This document shows, in pieces, positions 9,344-19,092 of a stretch of DNA of 32,000 nt. The stretch's first letter is position 1; each line of letters opens with the position of its first letter. Made by a program: the position numbers and the translations under genes. The DNA comes from Nitrosospira multiformis ATCC 25196 (GTDB taxonomy: Bacteria > Pseudomonadota > Gammaproteobacteria > Burkholderiales > Nitrosomonadaceae), in NCBI RefSeq assembly GCF_000196355.1, contig NC_007614.1:1500001-1532000 (forward strand), written 5' to 3'. Below the pieces are notes generated by a model that searched no databases, was not told where the DNA came from, and saw only the letters and a list, made by a program, of their open reading frames with translations.

Positions 9344-9494
9344 TTGCTGTCTCCTCAGTTTGACTGTAGACAGTTTAACGGAGAACCCGGGAGAAACTTG
9401 AGATTTATCAGGTCCAGTTACCGGTTCTTGCACGCAAGACGGCAACCCAGGAACGGCTGAGCAAAGGCATCTTTTGTTTCCTGCTTTCCTGCAA

Positions 9495-10253
9495 TCAATA
9501 AGTTACTTCAACGATGGCGCCTGCCCGGGCAATGCCGCTTACAACCGCGCCCGAAGCGCTTCGAACTGTTACCGGTTGGCCCTCTGTTGCATGGGTAAGC
9601 GCTTTGCCTTCCGCGCTCACACTGAACCCTCGTCCGCTGGAGACAAGCTTCACAGTCTGATTCTGTATTACGGCTGTCTGGGCGCGAAGCATATCCTGGC
9701 GTAACGGACTTCCGAAAGGGAGGTTTCCTCCCAAGGTTCTGCCGATTGCCTGATTCCAGTCGGTCACGATACCCGGCGGAAGCTGGGTGAGATCGCCTTT
9801 CCGGCTGGTCAGGTCTGAAGCGTCAATTACCTGCCCCTGTCTCAGGGGCCGGGTGCTTACCAGGTACTCAGCCACGACTTTTACGGTAGCGCGGACGTAA
9901 ATGGTCCAGGAGTGAGGCGCCGTACACCGCACCATGACAGTTGTATTTCCCCAGGGGCGTGTGCCCGGCGGCAAGGAGGGTTCAAGCGCCGTGCAAGCCG
10001 GCAGCGCCAGCCGCCCATCGATCGTCCCCGATGTGATTTCCACCTCGCCGGGAAGACCGATCGACTGCATCTGCAGAAAGCTCAAAACCGCCTGCTGGAC
10101 AGCATGCGGATCCTGCCTTGCAGCTGCCGGGGCAGAGGCTGCAGCGGAGACGGCCGAGGGGAGAATCAAGGGTAGGAGAATGAGCAGGTTCGGGCTACCG
10201 GCCCATAACCGGGATAGTAATCGAAGATGGATGGCAGGCATATGGACTCTCAA
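9495..10253 (-). CDS. flgA: Flagellar basal body P-ring formation chaperone FlgA
   Basis: 252 aa; C-terminal SAF/FlgA domain (VVAEYLVSTRPLRQGQVIDASDLTSRKGDLTQLPPGIVTDWNQAIGRTLGGNLPFGSPLRQDMLRAQTAVIQNQTVKLV); divergent to flgB. Confidence 0.92.
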   Translation of the reverse strand: MRVHMPAIHLRLLSRLWAGSPNLLILLPLILPSAVSAAASAPAAARQDPHAVQQAVLSFLQMQSIGLPGEVEITSGTIDGRLALPACTALEPSLPPGTRPWGNTTVMVRCTAPHSWTIYVRATVKVVAEYLVSTRPLRQGQVIDASDLTSRKGDLTQLPPGIVTDWNQAIGRTLGGNLPFGSPLRQDMLRAQTAVIQNQTVKLVSSGRGFSVSAEGKALTHATEGQPVTVRSASGAVVSGIARAGAIVEVTY

Positions 10254-10412
10254 AAATGCTTACAGTGTGCGACTCCAAGGATTCTAGTACGCACAGATGT
10301 CGGGTAGCGGGGGAAATGAGAGGTGTTTTTTCCGCTATTCGGGGCATTATCCGGAGCAGGCATCCATACGATACCACTATGCGATTGCCTGCTTCCTTAG
10401 GCTCAGGACTCA

Positions 10413-10787
10413 TTAATTGAGATAGAAGATGACAGTTGCGGCGATACAGATGGCAGAGAAGAAGGTATGGGCACAGCGGTCGTAACGCATGGCGATCCTG
10501 CGCCAGTCCTTGAGCCGAGCGAACATGTTCTCGATCCTGTGCCTTTGCCTGTAGAGGGTCTTGTCGTATTTGATCTGGATTTTGCGATTCCTTTTTGTCG
10601 GTATGCAGGGCGTCATGCCTTTGGCACGCAACGCTGCCCGGAACCAGGCAGCGTCATAGCCGCGGTCTGCAATCAGGGTTTTGGCTTTGGGCAATGACGG
10701 CAGCAGCACACGTGCTCCCTTGTAATCGCTCATCTGCCCTTCGGACAGGAGCATGGCCACAGGCTTGCCCTGACCGTCGCAGACCAC
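10413..10787 (-). CDS. IS5-family transposase, orfB (C-terminal catalytic part); expressed coding extends upstream via -1 frameshift near 10844-10850
   Basis: MVCDGQGKPVAMLLSEGQMSDYKGARVLLPSLPKAKTLIADRGYDAAWFRAALRAKG...RHRIENMFARLKDWRRIAMRYDRCAHTFFSAI, DDE transposase with YDAAWFR and RHRIEN...LKDWRR. Confidence 0.9.
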   Translation of the reverse strand: MVCDGQGKPVAMLLSEGQMSDYKGARVLLPSLPKAKTLIADRGYDAAWFRAALRAKGMTPCIPTKRNRKIQIKYDKTLYRQRHRIENMFARLKDWRRIAMRYDRCAHTFFSAICIAATVIFYLN

Positions 10788-10801
10788 ATGAAGCTTCGAG
10801 T

Positions 10802-11170
10802 TCAGGCCGCCCTTTGTGCGACCGATACGGCGGGGAACATCCCCTTTTTTAGCAGGCTGGCTGCCGTGCGGTGGGCCTTCAGATGCGTGGCGTCGATCAT
10901 CAGCCTCTCGGGCGTTTCCTCTTTACCGGTCAGTTCCACAAAGATGCGGTTGAACACGCCCAGTCGGCTCCAGCGCACGAAACGGTTATACAGTGTCTTG
11001 TGCGGCCCGTATTCCCTGGGGGCATCCTTCCATTGCAGGCCATTCCGAATGACGTAGATGATCCCGCTGATCACCCGCAGATCATCAACACGGGGAACTC
11101 CGTGGGACAAGGGAAAATAAGGTTTTATACGGTTGAACTGTGTTTCCGACAGGTAAAACAAATCTCTCAT
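10802..11170 (-). CDS. IS5-family transposase, orfA (N-terminal part)
   Basis: MRDLFYLSETQFNRIKPYFPLSHGVPRVDDLRVISGIIYVIRNGLQWKDAPREYGPHKTLYNRFVRWSRLGVFNRIF, the classical DUF4096/IS5 N-terminus. Confidence 0.9.
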   Translation of the reverse strand: MRDLFYLSETQFNRIKPYFPLSHGVPRVDDLRVISGIIYVIRNGLQWKDAPREYGPHKTLYNRFVRWSRLGVFNRIFVELTGKEETPERLMIDATHLKAHRTAASLLKKGMFPAVSVAQRAA

Positions 11171-11467
11171 GGCAGCACCTCCGCCATAAGTGAATCACAT
11201 TTGATCCTATTCGTGAATCATGAAATTAATAGGTCCTGAACCTAAGTGATTGTTGCTGTAATGGACCCGTAGGTAATTGGAGGGATGGGAGATCGGAAGC
11301 TGCAATGGCTGCGGAATCTGATTTCAAAGTCGAGATAAGGGGATTTAGGAGATTTGGGGGATTTATCCCCTTTTGATCCGGCTTTTGGATAATTCCCATC
11401 CCTAATAAGATGCTTTCGTTTATCCATATCAGCACGCATTTGAAATTGATAGAAGGGGGAAATTTCC

Positions 11468-11872
11468 GTGATCGATAAACTTGATCATGCATTTCGATTT
11501 TATGAGGATGCGGCCAACCTTCGGGCGCACAGGCAGCAATTGATCGCTTCAAACATTGCTAATGCGGATACGCCCCAATACAAGGCGCGCGACATCAATT
11601 TCAAGGACGCGATGGAAAGCGCGTTGACCGGGAAGCGAGGCGTCATTCTTGTGACAAGCGCGCCGAATCATATTGCTTCTCCAACAGGAGCAGGGGTGGC
11701 AGCGGGGCAGCAATTGCTGTACAGGACCGCGGTACAAGGCAGTGTGGACGGGAATACGGTCGATATGGATGTGGAACGCAACCAGTTTGCCGATAACGCC
11801 GTTCATTATGAGGCCAATCTCACATTCATCAGTGACCAGATCAGGCAGATGCGAACTGCCATTCAGGGCTAG
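11468..11872 (+). CDS. flgB: Flagellar basal-body rod protein FlgB
   Basis: [41 protein letters not shown]; first gene of a syntenic flgB-J run. Confidence 0.95.
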   Translation: MIDKLDHAFRFYEDAANLRAHRQQLIASNIANADTPQYKARDINFKDAMESALTGKRGVILVTSAPNHIASPTGAGVAAGQQLLYRTAVQGSVDGNTVDMDVERNQFADNAVHYEANLTFISDQIRQMRTAIQG

Positions 11873-11885
11873 GGGAAGTCGGAAT

Positions 11886-12305
11886 ATGTCTCTTTTCAAT
11901 ATCTTTACCGTGGCCGGCTCGGCCATGACAGCCCAGAATCAGCGCCTCAATGTGGTTGCAAGCAACCTGGCAAACGCGGACAGCGCGGCGAGTTCCAATG
12001 GACAGCCATACAAGGCAAAGCAGGTCGTGTTCATGAGCACTTCGCCTCTAGGGGATAACGGCATCTCAAATGGTACCCACGGCGTGAGGGTCTCGGGGGT
12101 AATCGAGGACCAATCTCCCATGAAGATGGTATACGAACCTTCGCATCCAATGGCGAATCCTGAGGGATTTGTCACCATGCCGAATGTAAATGTAGTGGAA
12201 GAGATGGTCGATATGATTTCTGCTTCGCGCTCGTACCAGAACAATGTGGACATGATGAATACCGCGAAGACGTTACTGCTGAAAACCCTCACGATCGGAC
12301 AATAG
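11886..12305 (+). CDS. flgC: Flagellar basal-body rod protein FlgC (start at 11886 rather than ORF-track 11673)
   Basis: [49 protein letters not shown]...[36 protein letters not shown]. Confidence 0.95.
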   Translation: MSLFNIFTVAGSAMTAQNQRLNVVASNLANADSAASSNGQPYKAKQVVFMSTSPLGDNGISNGTHGVRVSGVIEDQSPMKMVYEPSHPMANPEGFVTMPNVNVVEEMVDMISASRSYQNNVDMMNTAKTLLLKTLTIGQ

Positions 12306-12314
12306 GAAATCCCC

Positions 12315-12983
12315 ATGAGTACTATCCAGAATACACAGCCGACAAGTAATCCATTTGCCGCTTATGGAACCAGAAGTACTGCCAAACCGGCAGAAGAAGA
12401 CTTGCAGGACCGGTTTCTCAAGCTGCTGGTTACCCAAATGAAAAACCAGGATCCGCTCAATCCTCTCGACAACGCGCAAGTCACCACACAGCTTGCTCAA
12501 ATCAGTACCGTGAACGGTGTCGAGAGACTTAATGCGACCATTCGAACCATTGCCGACAGTTTTACTGCCGGGCAATCACTGCAAGCCGCCGGCATGATCG
12601 GAAGAGAGGTCCTTGTGCCTGGCTCCGCCTTGCAGTTGGCCAATGGAGCGGCACGCTTCGGGATCGAACTGACGCAACCCGCGGATGAGGTAAAGGTAAG
12701 AATACATGACGCGGCCGGCCGCGAGATTCAAGTCATGAATCTGGGTCCTCAGGCGGCGGGTTCCCTCGAATTGGCGTGGGATGGCAAGACGAGTGATGGC
12801 AGCCAGGCAGCGAACGGGAACTACAGCATAAGCGTTGCCGCGCTGCGTGGCGATCAGAAGGTGGAAGTACAGGCATTGGCGGCGGCAATCGTTCAAGGCG
12901 TATCCCAGGGAAATCAAGGCGTGCAACTGGACGTCGGCAGGCTGGGGATGGTGGGATTGGCCGATATCAGGCAGATTTTTTAG
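12315..12983 (+). CDS. flgD: Flagellar hook assembly protein FlgD
   Basis: DRFLKLLVTQMKNQDPLNPLDNAQVTTQLAQISTVNGVERLN, plus FlgD Ig-like/Tudor region. Confidence 0.95.
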   Translation: MSTIQNTQPTSNPFAAYGTRSTAKPAEEDLQDRFLKLLVTQMKNQDPLNPLDNAQVTTQLAQISTVNGVERLNATIRTIADSFTAGQSLQAAGMIGREVLVPGSALQLANGAARFGIELTQPADEVKVRIHDAAGREIQVMNLGPQAAGSLELAWDGKTSDGSQAANGNYSISVAALRGDQKVEVQALAAAIVQGVSQGNQGVQLDVGRLGMVGLADIRQIF

Positions 12984-13086
12984 GCTGAGGTAGGGAAGGG
13001 CCTGCGGCCGAAAGCGGTCCAGCTACAGGACATTTGGCATTTATCACGGTATTCAGTACGAACGAACAGGCAGGGGAGCGAAAGAT

Positions 13087-14307
13087 ATGAGTTTTCAGCA
13101 GGGTTTAAGTGGTTTGAATGCAGCATCGAAAAACCTCGATGTCATCGGTAATAATGTGGCCAATACGAATACTGTAGGCTTCAAGCAATCACAGGCACAG
13201 TTTGCGGATATGTTCGCCAATTCGCTGTCGGGCGGTGGTGGCACGCAGGCCGGCATAGGTGTCAAGCTGGCCGGGATTGCTCAGCAGTTCAGCCAGGGAA
13301 GTATTACCGTATCCAACAATCCATTCGACATCGCCATCAGCGGTGCAGGTTTCTACCGTTTAAGCGATCAGGGCACGATTAGCTATTCGCGCAATGGCCA
13401 GTTTCATCCGGACAAGGATGGTTATATCGTCAACAGCAGTGGCCTCCGGCTTACCGGCTATATGGCCAACTCGACCGGACAGATCAATACCGGCACGCCT
13501 ACCGATTTAAGGCTTTCCACTGCCGACCTGCCACCTGTCACCACGACGCGGGTGAACGCATTGGTCAATCTCGATTCGCGGGGGGCGCCGTTGAGTGCGG
13601 CCGCCTTCGATCTGATGGATCCGGCGACTTATCACAGCTCAACCTCGCTTTCGGTCTATGACAGCCTGGGTAATTCGACTCCGTTGTCGACATATTTCGT
13701 CAAGACGGCAGCCAATAGCTGGGATGTATTCGCTGCCAACAATGGCTCCCTCCTCAATGGCGGGCTGTCGATTGGCACATTGAATTTCCTGTCCAACGGT
13801 AGCCTCGACCCCTTGAGCTCCAGCAGCTTCAATGTGACGGCTCCCGTCACTACCGGGGCCAGTCCCCTCGCTTTCGATATCGATTTCGCAAACACGACCC
13901 AGTTTGGTTCCAATTTCGGTATCAATGCGTTATCGCAGGACGGGTACGCATCCGGGCAGCTCACCGGTTTTTCCATCGGCGAGGATGGGATCGTAAGCGG
14001 CAGCTATTCCAACGGTAAATTTCTCTCAATGGGGCAGATCGCGCTGGCCAATTTCGCCAATCCCCAAGGTTTGCAAGCAGTCGGCAATAATACCTGGAAA
14101 GAAAGCGCCGCTTCAGGCGCTGCCCTCGTAGCGGCGCCCGCCACCGGGGGCCTGGGTGTGCTACAGGCGGGCGCGGTTGAGGATTCAAACGTGGAGCTTA
14201 CCTCGGAGCTCGTCAATATGATTACGGCCCAGCGTGTTTACCAAGCCAATGCCCAGACGATCAAGACTCAGGATCAGATACTTCAGACAGTGGTGAACCT
14301 GAAGTAA
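13087..14307 (+). CDS. flgE: Flagellar hook protein FlgE
   Basis: SFQQGLSGLNAASKNLDVIGNNVANTNTVGFKQSQAQFADMFANSL...ELTSELVNMITAQRVYQANAQTIKTQDQILQTVVNLK. Confidence 0.96.
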   Translation: MSFQQGLSGLNAASKNLDVIGNNVANTNTVGFKQSQAQFADMFANSLSGGGGTQAGIGVKLAGIAQQFSQGSITVSNNPFDIAISGAGFYRLSDQGTISYSRNGQFHPDKDGYIVNSSGLRLTGYMANSTGQINTGTPTDLRLSTADLPPVTTTRVNALVNLDSRGAPLSAAAFDLMDPATYHSSTSLSVYDSLGNSTPLSTYFVKTAANSWDVFAANNGSLLNGGLSIGTLNFLSNGSLDPLSSSSFNVTAPVTTGASPLAFDIDFANTTQFGSNFGINALSQDGYASGQLTGFSIGEDGIVSGSYSNGKFLSMGQIALANFANPQGLQAVGNNTWKESAASGAALVAAPATGGLGVLQAGAVEDSNVELTSELVNMITAQRVYQANAQTIKTQDQILQTVVNLK

Positions 14308-14337
14308 TCCGAGTGGCAGGCAATCATTGGAGTAAAT

Positions 14338-15090
14338 ATGGATCGCATGATTTATGTTGCCATGACGGGGGCCAAGCACGCGCTGGGACAGCATGCTGCG
14401 GTATCTCACAATCTGGCGAACGCGAACACTCCGGGATACCGGGCCGAAATAAATGCGCTGCGCGCTGTACCGGTGTTCAGCGATACCCTCGCTACAAGGG
14501 CATTTGTGGTGGATTCAAGTGTCGGGGCGGATTTCCGTCCGGGCACAGTGCAGAACACTGCACGTGAACTTGACGTAGCAATACAGGGAGCCGGGTGGAT
14601 CGCGGTACAACTGGCGGATGGTAGCGAGGCTTATACTCGCAACGGCGATCTTCATGTCAGTGCCAATGGGGTATTGCAGACCCGCGACGGGTTGAACGTG
14701 CTGGGCGATACCGGGCTGATTTCCATCCAGCCGAATGCGAAAGTGACCATAGGTACCGACGGCACAATTTCGACAGTACCGGCCGGAGCAGGGACGAGCG
14801 AACCCAATCTGGCTGTCGCAGTGGGCCGGATCAAGCTGGTTAATCCGCCTGAAGCGCAGCTTGTTCGCGGTTCCGACGGGCTCTTCCGGCTCAGCGGCGG
14901 TGGCGAGGCGGAGGCGGATGGAAACGTTACCTTGAGCAGCGGTGCACTGGAGGGAAGCAACGTCAATGTCGTGGAGGCGATGGTGGACATGATTTCCCTT
15001 TCCCGCCAGTTCGAGACGCATATGAAGCTGTTGCAGAATGCGGAAGGCAATGCCCAACGGGCGAGCCAGCTCCTGTCGATCAGCGGGTGA
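14338..15090 (+). CDS. flgF: Flagellar basal-body rod protein FlgF
   Basis: MDRMIYVAMTGAKHALGQHAAVSHNLANANTPGYRAEINALRAVPVF...VDMISLSRQFETHMKLLQNAEGNAQRASQLL. Confidence 0.95.
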   Translation: MDRMIYVAMTGAKHALGQHAAVSHNLANANTPGYRAEINALRAVPVFSDTLATRAFVVDSSVGADFRPGTVQNTARELDVAIQGAGWIAVQLADGSEAYTRNGDLHVSANGVLQTRDGLNVLGDTGLISIQPNAKVTIGTDGTISTVPAGAGTSEPNLAVAVGRIKLVNPPEAQLVRGSDGLFRLSGGGEAEADGNVTLSSGALEGSNVNVVEAMVDMISLSRQFETHMKLLQNAEGNAQRASQLLSISG

Positions 15091-15184
15091 GGTGGGGACA
15101 CAGTCCTGTACGTTTCCGTATTGATACGTCACCTGATGAGTAATTGCAGCCAGATAATAGAAAATAATTTTTCATGGAGTTGAT

Positions 15185-15967
15185 GTGATTCGATCACTTT
15201 GGATTTCCAAGACCGGGCTTGATGCGCAGCAGACGCAGATGGATGTCATCGCCAATAACCTGGCGAATGTCAGCACGAATGGCTTCAAGCGCTCGCGCGC
15301 CGTTTTTGAAGACCTGCTGTATCAGACGCTCCGCCAGCCGGGCGCACAATCCTCACAGCAAACCCAACTGCCTTCCGGCCTGCAGCTCGGGACCGGCGTC
15401 AGGCCTGTTGCCACCGAGCATATATTTACCCAGGGCAATTTGCAGCAGACCGGCAATTCCAAGGACGTCGCTATCCAGGGACAGGGATTTTTTCAGGTGC
15501 TGCGACCCGACGGGTCGACAGCCTATACCCGAGACGGTTCGTTTCAGACCGATTTCGAGGGGCAACTGGTAACGTCCAGCGGCTATCACGTCCAACCTGC
15601 GATCACCATTCCGCCGAATGCCCAGAGCATTACCGTGGGCCGCGACGGAATCGTTTCCGTAACCACGCAGGATTCCACCACGCCCGTTCAGGTCGGCAAT
15701 CTGCAACTTGCCACATTTATCAATCCTGCCGGCTTGCAGAGCGTGGGGGAAAATCTTTATGTGGAAACAGCATCGAGTGGCACTCCTAACGTTACCAATC
15801 CAGGTACGGATGGGGCCGGGTTACTCAACCAGGGATATGTGGAAACCTCCAATGTCAACGTGGTGGAGGAACTGGTCAATATGATCCAGACGCAGCGGGC
15901 ATACGAGATCAATAGCAAGTCGGTGCAAACGTCGGACCAGATGTTGCAACGCCTGACCCAGCTATAG
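15185..15967 (+). CDS. flgG: Flagellar basal-body rod protein FlgG (GTG start)
   Basis: (V/M)[56 protein letters not shown]...[16 protein letters not shown]. Confidence 0.96.
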   Translation: MIRSLWISKTGLDAQQTQMDVIANNLANVSTNGFKRSRAVFEDLLYQTLRQPGAQSSQQTQLPSGLQLGTGVRPVATEHIFTQGNLQQTGNSKDVAIQGQGFFQVLRPDGSTAYTRDGSFQTDFEGQLVTSSGYHVQPAITIPPNAQSITVGRDGIVSVTTQDSTTPVQVGNLQLATFINPAGLQSVGENLYVETASSGTPNVTNPGTDGAGLLNQGYVETSNVNVVEELVNMIQTQRAYEINSKSVQTSDQMLQRLTQL

Positions 15968-16044
15968 ATCGGCAGCAACCGGATCGAACATCAAATGCCT
16001 GCGGCTGAAGCGGCGATGACAATCAAGAATCATGGCGGCACAAA

Positions 16045-16737
16045 ATGGTTTTGAGTTTCTCGGCGAAGCGACGCGCGCGCGTTCTCGGTTTCATGACAGG
16101 GGTGCCGCTCGCGCTCTCCGGTTGCGTCAGCCTCCCGCCGCCTGCGCCCATCGTTCACCAACCCATGTCCGCGCGCGCGGCGCTGCCTGCACCGCCGCCT
16201 GGCAACGGAGCGGTTTATCAGGATGCTAATCAATACCACAGCTTGTTCATCGACCGGCGAGCGCGCCAGATCGGCGACACGCTGGTTATTCTCCTCACCG
16301 AGCGGACCAATGCAAGCAAGCGCTCCAACAGCAGCGCCAACAAGAATGGCGACGTGAGCTTCGGCATTCCGCCAATCGTGTTTGGCGTGCCTATCACAAA
16401 AAAAATCGATCTCGGGGCATCCTCGTCCAATGATTTCGCAGGCAAGGGCGAGGCGGCTTCCGCCAATAATTTTAGCGGCACGATCACCGTTACCGTGGTC
16501 GATGTGCTACCCAACAGTTATCTGGTAGTAAGTGGCGAAAAGCAGCTGGCGATGACCCAGGGTTCGGAATACATCCGTTTCTCCGGCGTTGTGCGCCCGG
16601 AAACGGTGATCAGCAACACCGTATCATCGATCCAGGTGGCGGATGCGCGAATCGAGTATAAGGCGAACGGCTATATCGACGAGGCGCAAACCATGGGCTG
16701 GCTTTCACGCTTCTTTCTGACCGTTGCGCCATTCTGA
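16045..16737 (+). CDS. flgH: Flagellar L-ring lipoprotein FlgH
   Basis: Lipobox-like LALSGC; GNGAVYQDANQYHSLFIDRRARQIGDTLVILLTERTNASK...LVVSGEKQLAMTQGSEYIRFSGVV. Confidence 0.95.
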   Translation: MVLSFSAKRRARVLGFMTGVPLALSGCVSLPPPAPIVHQPMSARAALPAPPPGNGAVYQDANQYHSLFIDRRARQIGDTLVILLTERTNASKRSNSSANKNGDVSFGIPPIVFGVPITKKIDLGASSSNDFAGKGEAASANNFSGTITVTVVDVLPNSYLVVSGEKQLAMTQGSEYIRFSGVVRPETVISNTVSSIQVADARIEYKANGYIDEAQTMGWLSRFFLTVAPF

Positions 16738-16755
16738 AGCGCATGAGGTGAATCC

Positions 16756-17889
16756 ATGAGATATCCGGTTTCAACAGGAATTGCTGCCCCGGCCTGGTTC
16801 GCTTTCTTCTGTGCATGGGCGGGTTTATGGACCTTTTCCCTGCCTGTTCAGGCAGAGCGCATCAAGGATCTCGCATCGATTCAGGGCATACGCCCCAACC
16901 AGCTCATCGGCTACGGGCTGGTGGTGGGACTGGATGGGACAGGCGATCAGACCGTTCAGACACCATTTACCATTCAAAGTCTTAATAACATGCTGATGCA
17001 GCTGGGCATCAATGTGCCGCCCGGGACGAACATGCGGTTGCGGAATGTGGCGGCCGTAATGGTGACAGCTGCGCTTCCACCGCTTGCACAGCCGGGCCAG
17101 GCGATCGACGTCACGGTATCCAGCATGGGTAACGCCAGGAGCTTGCGCGGAGGGACTCTGCTGATGACTCCACTCAAGGGAATCGACGGTCAGGTCTACG
17201 GGGTGGCTCAGGGCAACCTGCTGGTGGGTGGAATAGGCGCCGCCGCCAGCGGAAGCAAAGTCCAGGTCAATCATCTAAATGCCGGCCGTATTCCCGGTGG
17301 AGCGACAGTCGAACGGGCGGTACCGGTAGCACTGGGGCAGAATGACATGATTCGCCTTGAGCTGAATACCATCGATTTCTCCACAGCGAAACGGATCGTG
17401 GATGCGGTCAACACACGCTTCGGCATGGGCACGGCCGCTGCGCTGGATGGCCGGGCGATCCAGGTACGGACACCCCCGGAAAGCGATCAAAGGGTGGCGT
17501 TTCTGGCGGAGATGGAAAGCCTTGCCATCAATCCTGCACAAATGCCGGCTCGAGTGATCGTGAATAGCCGCACGGGTTCAGTGGTCATGAATCAGGCGGC
17601 AACGGTGGATCAATGCGCGATTGCTCACGGGAACCTGACAGTCGTTATCAGTACGGAACCCGTGATCAGCCAGCCTGGACCCTTTTCATCGGGGCGGACC
17701 GTGCAGGCGCAGCGCTCGACCATAGAAATCAAGCAGGAGTCGGGTATGTTGACGATGGTTGAAGGCGCTTCGCTGGCGGAAGTGGTAAAGGCATTGAACG
17801 CAATCGGCGCGACGCCGCAGGATCTACTGGCAATTTTACAGGCGATGAAGTCCGCCGGTGCGCTGCGGGCTGAGCTGGAAATCATCTGA
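16756..17889 (+). CDS. flgI: Flagellar P-ring protein FlgI
   Basis: [52 protein letters not shown], long conserved FlgI. Confidence 0.97.
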   Translation: MRYPVSTGIAAPAWFAFFCAWAGLWTFSLPVQAERIKDLASIQGIRPNQLIGYGLVVGLDGTGDQTVQTPFTIQSLNNMLMQLGINVPPGTNMRLRNVAAVMVTAALPPLAQPGQAIDVTVSSMGNARSLRGGTLLMTPLKGIDGQVYGVAQGNLLVGGIGAAASGSKVQVNHLNAGRIPGGATVERAVPVALGQNDMIRLELNTIDFSTAKRIVDAVNTRFGMGTAAALDGRAIQVRTPPESDQRVAFLAEMESLAINPAQMPARVIVNSRTGSVVMNQAATVDQCAIAHGNLTVVISTEPVISQPGPFSSGRTVQAQRSTIEIKQESGMLTMVEGASLAEVVKALNAIGATPQDLLAILQAMKSAGALRAELEII

Positions 17890-18941
17890 TGGTTGCTCCG
17901 GTTGATCTATCCACGCGCTTTGCCCTTGACGTCCAGGCGGTAAACGGGTTACGCGTGGAATCAAAAAAAACCGGCGAAGCGGGTCTTGAAGCCGCAGCCA
18001 GGCAGTTCGAAGCGCTCTTTCTGAACATGCTGCTGAAAAGCATGCGCGATGCCACTCCTAAAGACGATCTGATGGAGAGCGAACAGAGCCGACTGTATCT
18101 CTCGATGCTGGATCAACAGTTTTCCCAGACCATGGCTGCGCGCGGCATTGGCCTTGCCGAGATCATGGTGCGTCAATTGCGCCATGCTGCGCCGCCTGAT
18201 CCGACAGAGAAAGCGGGGATTCCGCAAAACCCCAATAGCCATGCCTTGGATCAATCAATGCCACGCTCTTCAGCGGAGGCAGGGAAGCATCCGGGTTTGC
18301 GGGGTTATGCACCGACAGTAGAAATGCAGGAACGACTGCAGGAAATAGAGGGACAAAAGGAACTCGCAAAACCCGGACAGATCGGGCAGCGAGGTCAGTC
18401 AGGGTGGTCTGGAGCGGGACAGTCAGCTCCATCCAGGTTGGAACAGGAGGGGCCACAGGCGAGCGAAATACCCGCGCATGTGTCCGAGTTCAAGGCAAGG
18501 GTAGGAGCATATGCCCAGGAAGTGAGCCAGGCAACGGGTATTCCGGTCCAGTTCATGCTCGGGCAGGCAGCACTGGAAAGCGGATGGGGGAAACGCGAGT
18601 TGCGTGCTACCGATGGAACCCACAGCCACAACCTCTTTGGCATAAAAGCGGGGACCGGCTGGAAGGGGCCCGTGGTGGAAGCGGTCACGACAGAATACAT
18701 CAATGGCATTGCACATAAGAGGGTGGAGAAATTTCGCGCTTATCCATCCTACGCCGAAGCTTTCCGCGACTACGCCACCCTTTTGAGCACCAATCCACGC
18801 TACACGGAAGCACTCAGGCAAGCAGTGCAGAAGTTCGACGCCGAAGGATTCGCCCATGCCCTGCAGCGGGCGGGCTATGCTACTGACCCGGCCTATGGAG
18901 ACAAGTTAGGCCGGATCATCAGGACCACTCCCTGGTCCTGA
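17889..18941 (+). CDS. flgJ: Flagellar rod assembly protein/muramidase FlgJ
   Basis: N-terminal rod-binding domain (LEAAARQFEALFLNMLLKSMRDA) and C-terminal glucosaminidase domain (IPVQFMLGQAALESGWGKRELR...HNLFGIKAG). Confidence 0.95.
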   Translation: MVAPVDLSTRFALDVQAVNGLRVESKKTGEAGLEAAARQFEALFLNMLLKSMRDATPKDDLMESEQSRLYLSMLDQQFSQTMAARGIGLAEIMVRQLRHAAPPDPTEKAGIPQNPNSHALDQSMPRSSAEAGKHPGLRGYAPTVEMQERLQEIEGQKELAKPGQIGQRGQSGWSGAGQSAPSRLEQEGPQASEIPAHVSEFKARVGAYAQEVSQATGIPVQFMLGQAALESGWGKRELRATDGTHSHNLFGIKAGTGWKGPVVEAVTTEYINGIAHKRVEKFRAYPSYAEAFRDYATLLSTNPRYTEALRQAVQKFDAEGFAHALQRAGYATDPAYGDKLGRIIRTTPWS

Positions 18942-18998
18942 GCCTCCATAAGGGGTAAGAACCGGCGGCAAATCTTTCGGAGGATTTCTCCGTCCCCC

Positions 18999-19025
18999 TA
19001 AATATTTTCAACCCGATGCCGTCAA
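18999..19025 (+). promoter_or_regulatory. Candidate sigma-28 (FliA) promoter for flgK(L)
   Basis: TAAA-N15-GCCGTCAA versus the TAAA-N15-GCCGATAA consensus; 67 nt upstream of the flgK ATG, in the flgJ-flgK gap. Confidence 0.6.
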
Positions 19026-19092
19026 TATATGCACGACGACATCCAGACACTCTACTGACAGAGACAGGGTATAACCATGGCAGGGTACAACC

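Larger units (their letters stand above)
10400..11242 (-). mobile_element. Complete-looking IS5-family (IS427-like, two-ORF) insertion sequence, about 843 bp
   Basis: Imperfect terminal inverted repeats: left GGCTCAGGACTCATTAATT (10400-10418), right end reverse complement GGTTCAGGACCTATTAATT (3 mismatches). Flanked by TA (10398-10399 and 11243-11244), a possible 2-bp target duplication. Carries orfA + orfB transposase. Confidence 0.85.

Noticed and set aside
8640-9401. 253-aa plus-strand ORF over flgN/flgM
   Set aside because: Antisense to two recognisable flagellar genes; the sequence has no domain-like features.
9405-9431. Possible minus-strand sigma-28 promoter before flgM (CCTGATAA with 15-nt spacer)
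   Set aside because: The -35 element would be GCAA versus TAAA (only 2/4), so the match is too weak to call.
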